Shown here: positions 54,408 to 64,000 of the stretch, piece after piece
Layout: each line of letters opens with the position of its first letter
How positions within the stretch are numbered: the stretch's first letter is position 1
Assembly (NCBI GenBank): GCA_964304625.1
Contig: OZ199838.1
Coordinates: 7,148,035-7,212,034 of the forward strand
DNA: 64,000 nucleotides
DNA from: Kudoa neothunni
Taxonomy: Eukaryota; Animalia; Cnidaria
Direction of reading: 5' to 3'
Program-made: the position numbers and the translations under genes
Notes under the pieces: generated by a model
The model's input: only the letters and a program-made list of their open reading frames with translations
Told to the model about the DNA's origin: nothing
Database searches by the model: none

Positions 54408-56678
54408 CTAATGAAACCGCGAAATCGGTAACCCCCTGAGTAAATTATCAGGGAATGAATATATAACAATACTTATATCTAAAATTATCTTAAAATAATT
54501 AAAAATTTACCTCAACGATTGATCCATTATCACTAAAATAAATTAAATAGTAAAAAGTAAAATAGGAAGGAAATACTTATGGATTTTAGACAGAGATATA
54601 TGACGAAGAATCCTAGAACAATGGCGGATATCAAAAAAATGACCATTATTACTGCCAAATAGAAAATGTAAATATTTCCTTTTGCTAAATTATTGTAATT
54701 ATATAAAAATTAATTATAGCGCCAGTTACATTTGAGGATTTTACTCTCCAGAATCATAAATGAGACCTCCTCGGAGTGAATCTCACCCAGAATGTTGAAA
54801 ATGGAACACTTCCACGATCCAGAAAATGACTTATCGTGAATATCTAAGTAGAACTGACCGTTTTCTGACTGATAGCTCACCTCTTGCTGATATCTGTCAC
54901 GAATTTTTTGAAGCGAATAGACAACTGGTTTGGGGTAGGATAAAGAGTGACATTGAAATTTCACATTTTGATGTTGTTCTATAGCATGGATATTGGTATT
55001 GTTGTTGTAGGTAATATATCCTTCATAAATCAACTTGGAATTGCAGGGCATATCTAAGGATAATTGATAAAATCAAAACAAAATCCAATACCTTCAAGAA
55101 TTAGATCCATAAATGCTGTAGTTGAAATTCCAAATTCGTTAGTGGCATGACAAGTCCATCCCCCAAATGTATCTTCTCCTAGGAGGTTTTCCAGATTCAC
55201 ATCACCATCCTTGTATATTTTTCCATTGGGAGTCGTAATATAGGTGTGGTATTTTTCAGTCATTGAATATGCTGAACAACCGATGTTGAAAGGGTTGAAT
55301 AGATTTTCGCATTCAAGTCGTTGGATGGCGCCCTCTTTCCCATTTAGAGTGAATGTGATATTGAATGGTGGTGCTATATTTCAAAATAAGTACGCTATAA
55401 GAGATCAGTGTTTTCTTGTGTAAATATACTAGACATGGGAAGCTCAAAATTGATAATGGACTTAACTGAGTTTCCACCTTCGGTTGGTTTCACAGATACC
55501 ACAACCGTTTTATTGACAATGTCAATATCTGATCTTATTCTGTAGTTGAATACAGTTGCCCAAGGGCTCACCTTAATGATATCGATCTTGGGTTGCGTCT
55601 TTGCAACAAGTTTTTCTACCGAAAAATCAACGTTACTCATGTTTGTCGCAACACATTTGAATGCGAAATCATTTTCTACCATAAACATTCTTGTGCATTC
55701 CATCTGCAGCAGATCTATATGCTAAGTTTAAAATTGTAATAAAATTTGGAAATCACTGTTGTATTTAAGTCGAACTTCTGTAGAAGCAGATACGGGTTGC
55801 TCAAACTTGTGGACTAATTTACCACTACCGTCATCTGAATAGTAACTATCCAGAACTGCAGTAATGGTCATTTTGGAGTTGACAATTGATAGATTGGGAG
55901 TAAATTTGATAATATAGGTGTTTGGCGTGATTTTTAAGGTATGGTTGACATTCAGTTGATCAACGAAGAGGTCATAAGAAGTGATGGTAGCAGAGGCGAA
56001 TGTAGGAATTATCGAGACAGCCGGGTGCGAAATGGTCTTACATTCGACCATGGTTTCTCCATCAAAATTATGATTTAATTGGTTGCATTGGATTTCCGGG
56101 TTAACTACGAATAAATATGTTAAGGTTGTGAAGTAATCATTTTTGATCAGCAATGCCAACAGTTTTACTTGGTATCAGGAAAAACGCACTCTCAAAAGTA
56201 CGAACTGATTTATCATCCGTGCTGTTTGAAGAGCTAGCATTTTTCAATTGAAGATCAATAGAAAGTCGATAATTGTTAAAAGATTCATCCAGATTTATCA
56301 ACTGAATTCGTTCAAGGGATAAATTACCAATATGAGAATTAAAGTCTGACAGCATTTTATAAAATCCGATATTCAGGTTGTAGAGAGCAAGCATAATCTT
56401 CTGGTCATTCCGTGTAACCAAGTAAATCCATGCATTATAATGATCATATACGTCCGTCGATTCTGTTCCATTCGAAGTGATGTTTAATTCAAAACATAAA
56501 AGTTTTGTTTGTGGAAACACGTACGTAGTCGCCAAATTTGGTTCCTTCGGTGTAGATAAACTTCACATCACCTATAGTAACTATGAAATAAAACCAACAT
56601 GGCTCTAATAAAAATACTTTTGACAAGGGCAATTAGTACTATCAGGCATGTGCATATACGAAGTGAAACTGTTTCCAT
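54408..56678 (-). CDS. Type I membrane Ig-superfamily-like protein B, paralogue of A; one frame break in domain 1
   Basis: Signal exon METVSLRICTCLIVLIALVK; five domain exons with phase-1 introns; WTCHATNEFG, CHSLSYPKP, WKCSIFNILG; TM IYIFYLAVIMVIFLISAIVLGFFVIYLCL. Tail exons uncertain. In-frame TGA at 56489-56491 unless one base is removed. Confidence 0.8.
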
Positions 56679-59058
56679 AGATGATGGGGTATAACAGATG
56701 CTAATCTCACATCTATCGGATAAGCTTCATAAGGAAGTTATCACTTATTAATCTTCTTGAAGTTGTTTATTTTAATTTGAACCTATTGCAAATTGTTTTT
56801 CTAATTAAATATTCATGTTTTACCTTATTACGTAATTTTTTGTGTATTATGCGGCTCTAGAAATGAGATGCAAAAAATGGATCCAACATTACTTGAGTTT
56901 CGGTATCTCTAGTTTGAAAGATGTTTTGAATTAAAAACTGAGGATAAAATACTTTTAACTTTTTTAAAAGTATGAGGCTAGTTATAACCAGTTATTATCA
57001 AATCGAATACAATTCATTTTATTTGATCTCTAAGTGTCAATAAAACATTCCAATAATAGTGTACGTCTATCTTTCATATTGTTGATTTAATCTAAGTCAT
57101 TATTTATTTTATGACCGTAAATAACCATATATTTAACGTTTGATTGATACAAAAATATTTATGCTAAAATCCAAATAATATATATCAAGTTATAAAATTA
57201 TAGTCAGATTGGATATGAGAAATTTTACATTTTTTATATGACTGATTTCTACTAAAAATTTCAATTGATCTTTTTTTAATATTTTTATATATATTTATCG
57301 GTTAAAAATCAAAATTTGGATATTTTTAAGAATTTTTTAGTGTGACTTGAATTTATCAATGGGTTTTCTGTAACATTTTAAGAAAAAACAAAAACACAAC
57401 TAAATATGTATATCTTTTATTATCTTATCATAATTACGTTGTTAAATACATAAAATCAATGATAATCCTAACGGAAAACTCGGCTATTATTGTAACTCCT
57501 TTCAAATATTAATATGAACATAATAAAAGTTCCTGCAGAATCTGCTTCAAAGATTATATTAAGAAAATTAATAAATTCTAATATTGAAAGTAACAAATAG
57601 AGATTCTAGAATCTATCAATGGTTTTTTAAAAAACTTACCATCGAGAAAATTCTGTTAAAGATGCGGTATTTGGAAAGATTCCTTTTATCGTAAAAATAG
57701 GGTCAATTTTAATATTGCAAAGCAAGCTAATAATGGCGAATATAATTCAAATCAAGTAATGAGAATGTTTATAATAAGTTTCTCAACAAAATTTTAAGTT
57801 TATATGTTACATTAAGGGATTTAATAATGACAGCAACAATTATTTCAATCAATACAATAATTTATAAACATTATAAACCAGGAATGCACTAACCCGGATT
57901 TAATACGATCCCCTAATTAGCAATTTTGTGGTCCACGGCGAACACTAAATAATTCAAAGTAGTGATATATTATTTCAATTTTAGAATTATTATTTAATTT
58001 CTCACAAGAATCATAACTTTATTTTTAATGGCCCCTGCGAGTGTGGAGGAGTCTAATTTTTGCCTTCAGATTCAAAAAGCTTGCGCACTAATATTATTAA
58101 ACAGTTTGGACACTACTCAATTTTATGAGAACATGATAAAAACAGTTACGTTCAAAAAAATAAAATAAAAATAAATACAGATAATTGTCTTAACACTACA
58201 ATAGATAACTGCCTTGGAATATTCGTCTGAGTAAAGATACCCTGCCACTTGTTAAAATTGAAAAAAATTCTGCATCCCTCGAAGGTGTAAAATCCGACAA
58301 TTCTAATATTATTAAAAAAATTGCATAGATGAAGTCAAGTCTTTCTACAAATATAATAAAATTAAAAAACAAATTTTTTGGGCGATTTTCAATCCATCTT
58401 AAAACATTTCAATTTACCGTAACATTATGTTTCTCCTCCGTAAACATTGCTAGCGTTCTGTAACCACTTGGTTTAGGAATATCTCATGTCTTAATCTGAT
58501 AGTGATCCTATGGTCGAATCGACGTTAAAGTGAGACCGAATATAACGCAACATTTTTCTCGGTGATTCAAAATGGTTGAGGTCCATGTTACTTTTTTTAA
58601 ATATTTTTTTCTTAAAAATAAAAGAATTAGATACTTCGATTTTATCTAATTAGCTAAAATTTAAATAGTACATCTAACGATCATTTGAGTTGGAATCGAC
58701 CATAAGATTACATTATATTATGCATTTATTATTTTAAATTTTTTTAATATTAAAAGCATCAGTTGATTAAAATATAATTTTTTAAGTTTACTTATATCAC
58801 CGAATTTAACGTAACTTAAACTTTTTTTGACTATTCAATCTCCTTTTTCTTAGTGTATGATAAATAAATTTTATTGCCGATGGCATCTGTGAATTATTTG
58901 TTAATATTATTGGAGTTTAAATTCATTTAAATTAGCAAAAAAAACATATTTATAAAAAAAATTAGCAATTTTAATTCAATCATGACTATTTTCCAGTGCA
59001 TTGGATAGCAATTGTAGAAATATTTTCAAATTTTTGTTTCGACTAGGTTGAAAGTTAA

Positions 59059-60569
59059 TTCTCCGAGCATCTTGGGGTCGTTTTTGATCCCAGTCATGGT
59101 TTAATCAGTTATTTTCCCCTCATAGCGTATTTGGATTTTCTAGATATCGTACCTATCCTTTTATAACAATCCATTGTTCTGGGAGGCAGTATTAATTTTT
59201 CTTTGAACAGAAAAGAGTTGGTTATTTCTCAAAAACTTACACCTCGCACCTTTGGGGTCGATAATGATCCCAGAGGTTTTTCCATACAAATTGTGTATTA
59301 ATTTATAGGTGTTTATTTGTAGTTTAGTTAGTCATATGGAAATATAATGGCATAATTCCGCTAATTAATGCCTGAAAAAAATTGATAAACTTGTGACAAC
59401 GTTTGATTGTGAATTATGTCTAGATAAGATGGTTACACTGAAAGCTCTTCCATCATAAATAAAATTGAAGAATTAATCTAAAAGCAATAATTTTTATCGA
59501 ATTCTAACGATTTTGGCACTACTATATTAACAAACCTTCTTACTCACAAACATAACATATGTAATGAGATCCCTCTAGAAAAACAGATACGAAAGTAAAA
59601 AATTTTGAATCCAAATCCTTGTGTAACTTCCTACATTCGTCAACAATAAAAATGGTTAAACATTTCTTAAACTTATTCTTCACCAATCAACTGTTATCTA
59701 CAATTATCCATATGACCAATTAATTTGGTTGTTATCACTATGATTCTTCTTATGATGATTTCTATTTGAATTATTTTCGTGCGTATCTTGGCATACTAAT
59801 ATACATGTCGATTTTTAAAACTAAGACTGAATCTCCGGAAAGATTTTGGATGCTTGACAAGTTCTGTTGAGGTTTTTAGACATGTTATGCCACTGAAAGA
59901 ATATACAAAAATCAAACGCTCATTCTACTTAGACGATTTTATTGCAAGGGAGGAAAGGAGAAAAAGAGAAATTATGTGTCTTGTGGCACACATATTAAAG
60001 TTTGTCAACGAAGCGCTAACTACACTAGATAGCAGAATCCATTCATTAATTATTTGCTGTCTTTTATTTAGGTTTTCTTTGACATAAAAAATTACTCGCC
60101 TAAAGGTAGATGATGTGTTTAAACGTAGCGACTAATTTTCGAAGGATTTCAATTAGAAAATCTTTTTTATATTCTATAAAATCGCAAATATAGCGATGGA
60201 AAATCCATATATCACTTATGGAGTGAAACAAAAAAAATTTTATATTAAAATTTCAATCATTATAAATTTTCTTCGTTTTATATAACATTTTTTAATTAGA
60301 ATATTACATTCAAAAAAACTAATAACGACTTACACTACAAGGATTAAGCAAATATATGCATTCGAGAAAATAATAACCGAAAAATTAGTCATACAACATA
60401 TTGTGTATATTTTAACATAACATGGACGTTAATTATTATTTAGAATGCCATAAGATTAATTAAAATAATATAGGGATTGAAATTTGTTGATTATGCGGAA
60501 TTTTGTCCTGGCGTCTTTGGGGTCGAAAAAGACGCCAGGTGTATAGTCCATTCGGAGATGCTCCGAGGG
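59059..60569 (+). mobile_element. Internally deleted, decayed piggyBac element
   Basis: TTAA at 59055-59058. Ends TTCTCCGAGCATC / GATGCTCCGAGGG followed by TTAC. Subterminal TTGGGGTCG repeats at about 59072, 59252 and 60514. FRHVMPLKEYTKIKRSFYLDD resembles the piggyBac transposase motif. Confidence 0.75.
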
Positions 60570-61463
60570 TTACAAAATGCTCAGATTAAATATAAAAATT
60601 CGAAATGGCCAGTGACACGGTAAATAATCCAATATAGCAGCTTCTAAAAATCAAATCAGTCAACAGCTTGTATGTTTTGCCTATAATAAAAATTCACATC
60701 GCGTAAGCGTACATGCATTTTAGGATTAAATTTCATCGTGCCAATAATCTCTGCCAAAAAATTCCCCAAGTATTGAGCCAACGCGGATTCCCTTTTTCTC
60801 AGAAGTTATGCCCTAATTGAAGCTGCACCGAATAAGTTTACCGGCGGCACGATCAGAGATACAGAAAAACTAGAACAGTTTAAATAAAGGGTAAACAAGG
60901 GAAAACGTTCCCTAACTTTATATCCGCAAATCTTGTTTTTACAAAAAGTTTCTTATGGCCCACATAAATATTGAAAATCTTTTCTCAAATTAATCGTAGA
61001 AAAATTTACAATTTTTATCCAGTTATATACAATAAAATATTAATAAAAACCTTTAAAGTTGTAATTTTATTTAAAAGATGTTAATTATTGCACTTTAAAA
61101 AATAATTATTCAGCTCTATTGTAATTAATAGTTTTCAAGGTTTTGTCTCGTCTTTTGAGATAATGTCAATAAACCGTCAATCATGTTTGTAGATGGATTC
61201 ATTACTCTTTCATTTCTTCCATTTACCGTCATTATCCATTATATTAAATAAAAATATTCAAAAAATTCATATCTTTACTACTTTTAAATTTGTACATATA
61301 AACACAACCATTAATTAGCAAAAAAATTTTCATGGCCCACATGTGGATCATATCACTAAAGATTACGAATCACAGAAACAATTTATCTCGACAAACAACA
61401 TTACTAATCGCTATCATCTCACAATACATTACACATACAAGTGAAAAATTGACAAATAAAATA

Positions 61464-61935
61464 TCATGTTTGTTTTTTAAATCCATATTTTTTCCGTTCG
61501 TAAAACAAATCAGTTCTAGCACTGCCAAGATTGACAATCTTTGGACAGCCATCTCTCTAAATAAATTCAGATAATCCAAGACTAAACCAATAGCCAATTA
61601 CATCTTTCTCCAAAAGAACGCATTCTCTACAATAGTAAGCGTCTGATACACCAGGGCCACCACAAATCACACATCTACCCTGGTAGGAACCATAATTGCA
61701 TTCATCGCATATTCTCACGAGAACGCTCGGTCTCACATACGAATCACAAATGACACATTTTCCGTCGCCTAACAACAAAAAATCTAATAAAGTCTCAAAG
61801 TAAGTCATATACATTTCTCACACAATCTTCCTATAGCTAGATAAAAATAATTAATTTAACAATGAAAATATCTGAATAAGTACCAACACCAGGTTGTTTT
61901 CGACAAAAAATAAGATCAGGATGATGTCTAGCCAT
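61464..61935 (-). CDS. PHF5A: SF3b subunit PHF5A/Rds3, 4 exons
   Basis: [17 protein letters not shown]|AIGRLCEKC|[20 protein letters not shown]|[30 protein letters not shown]. Confidence 0.98.
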
Positions 61936-62072
61936 TGTTAGATTGGCATGCGCGAAATTTGGCAAGAGGATTTTATTGTGAACGTGCGTCTCTAGTACGA
62001 ATGCGCATATAAAATCGCGGTGATTAGTGAGCTCAGCTTTTACAAAATTCTAATGTATAGATTACAATAATT

Positions 62073-62960
62073 TCAAAATAGTTGTTGAAATTTTTCAAAT
62101 ATATATAAAAATTCATCATATGAAAGATATTGTGTTGCTGAATCACGACTTAGACAGTTAATCATTGATTGAATTTGATGAGGAGAAGCATTCTGAAGCC
62201 CTAACAAGTGGGCAGAGTTAGCTATATCATAGGCATTGATAAGACCATCTTGATCAATGTCAATTTTGAGAAAATAAACCATGGGATCCATATTAGGATA
62301 ATCGTGATTTGATTTGGTAATGAAATTGTGTGGTGATTTCGGTGATAGCATGTCTTCGACACCATCCATCAATTTGTTCAACGAAATAGTTTCTAAATAT
62401 TGTGAATAAGTTGAGCATGATTACACTCATTTGCATAGAAAATTACCTGTATCAGGAAATATAGATTCAGTTAGTTCGACCAATTGATTCCACATTTTAT
62501 ATGTGAGAGGATCTTCTAACAACCACAGATAGAATTCCACCTTGTCAATGCTATCACTTGTATTGGCCATAAGCGATAAACATTCGATATTGTCATCAAC
62601 GAGGATTTCTGTTAAGGAGTCCCATTTGTTATCGTCCCCCACTGTCCATCGATGTGATAGTGGATATTTTCCCCATTCAAAAAATTTAAAAATTCTAAAT
62701 AAATAAAATAGATCAATGATACTATTTTCTTTCTTATTGATATTAAATTATGGGAGCAATAGGAATAGCTTAGCTCAGTCTTATTATTTGTGCCGTGTAA
62801 CACAAACATTGCGACTAGCAACAAGCTTCTTAGATTATGTTAGAATGTGAAATTATTCGTATAGAAAATTGAGATAAAATAGAAGGTACGTTTTGAAAAT
62901 ATTCATATGGAATCGAATCAGTGAGCCTATTGTACACGTTTTTTACAAGCCCACCTGCTT
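62073..62960 (-). CDS. EF-hand-containing protein, spliced; 5' structure unresolved
   Basis: Last exon has DIDQDGLINAYDI and a degenerate second loop ending LSYDEF. The preceding exon (RIFKFFEWG..IFPDT) joins it in phase 1. Confidence 0.55.
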
Positions 62961-63371
62961 CAAGATCACTTGATTAGATATTAAGATACTAGGGGTTTGT
63001 TTGGTTTTTTGATTTTTCACTAGTGTTGCTATCAACCCAAGCTATACACAGTAGATGTTGCAGCTGGTGTGTAAAATAGATTAGGTAACGACCTACTTCA
63101 ATAGCACTTAACTTTTCTACTTTTACAAGACAAATCTCCTAATTCAGTTTTAGGATGATTAGTGACTAATCCACATCGGAATCAGTTGATTATTATAGCA
63201 ATAATTCGAATAGAAAAAACGTGCCAAACAACACCACAAACCAACCAACAAACAAGATACAAAATAACCAACAAGAATTATACGAGAATAATTAAAAAAA
63301 TAAACTAACGTTTTGATTCAGAGAATAGGATTTACTGATCAATGCTAAAATATCCTTCACACAAAATACAA

Positions 63372-64000
63372 CTATTCATCATCTCTAGGAAGGGCTGGAA
63401 TTTTTGGCATAAATCGAACAAGATCGTCCTTTAGAGGTGGTTGTGAAACTGCAAGAATAGTTCTAGACATTAGATCGAATGCTCCACCTAAATAATAATA
63501 ATTATTATTATTGTAAGAACCATTTATTTATCATTGTGTGAATTGAACAATCAATTCACATGACTCATGAGCATATGTAACAAAAACAATAACAACAAAT
63601 ACCATTGTACTGGTAGACAGAGCCTTGAGCTTCTGTGACAATTAGCGCCCCAGCTGCTATATCCCAACAGTGAATTCCCCATTCGTAGTAAGCGTCAGCT
63701 TTGCCTTCAGCTATCATGCACAAATTGAGAGAAGCACATCCCAATGATCTCACACTAGATTGTTAAGTTGAATGTATATTGGGTGTAAATTTAGACAAAA
63801 TTTTCTACCCGTGAACTGATCCTTTATCACTAAATATAGATGCAATTGTATTGAACTTAAGTTTCGATGCATCATTATCGAGATGCACACCAAATTCTGT
63901 GATAATAACTGCCTTATTTTTTTCTTCATCGTAAAATAGTGAATCATTATAATGTATTTTCTGCAAACGAATACTCACCTTTAACACTGGAGACTTGTAG
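63372..64000 (-). CDS. IMPA1: Inositol monophosphatase, 3' part (5' part beyond the window)
   Basis: VRSLGCASLNLCMIAEGKADAYYEWGIHCWDIAAGALIVTEAQG (IMPase family motif). Last exon GAFDLMSRTILAVS..LPRDDE stop. Confidence 0.93.

Noticed and set aside
58503-58711. Inverted pair ATCCTATGGTCGAATC / GAATCGACCATAAGAT about 200 bp apart
   Set aside because: Probably a small MITE, but no TSD or superfamily could be assigned.

Overview
AT-rich eukaryotic (animal-type) nuclear DNA with two kinds of territory. (1) Compact gene islands with many short GT-AG introns (mostly 34-70 nt): kinesin-13 KIF2 (runs off the left edge), an orphan gene, CHMP4/SNF7, PSMD14/RPN11, a mitoribosomal MRPS18B-like gene with an extra KH-like N-terminal domain, ERCC1, LYRM7, DMC1, two paralogous 5-domain Ig-superfamily membrane-protein genes, PHF5A, an EF-hand gene and IMPA (runs off the right edge). 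(2) Stretches of decayed and nested transposons (hAT/Charlie, Tc1-like DD34E, pogo/Tigger, MULE, piggyBac, a BEL/Pao fragment), several with TIRs and target-site duplications still readable. Divergent housekeeping proteins, miniaturised introns and low GC suggest a fast-evolving parasitic animal such as a myxozoan cnidarian; this is an inference and was not tested. Most interesting: the atypical Ig receptor pair, the KH-S18 fusion, a shared NRF1-like promoter motif, and five single-base frame breaks at homopolymers (probably assembly error). All gene models were spliced by hand and family calls come from recalled motifs; no database search was run.
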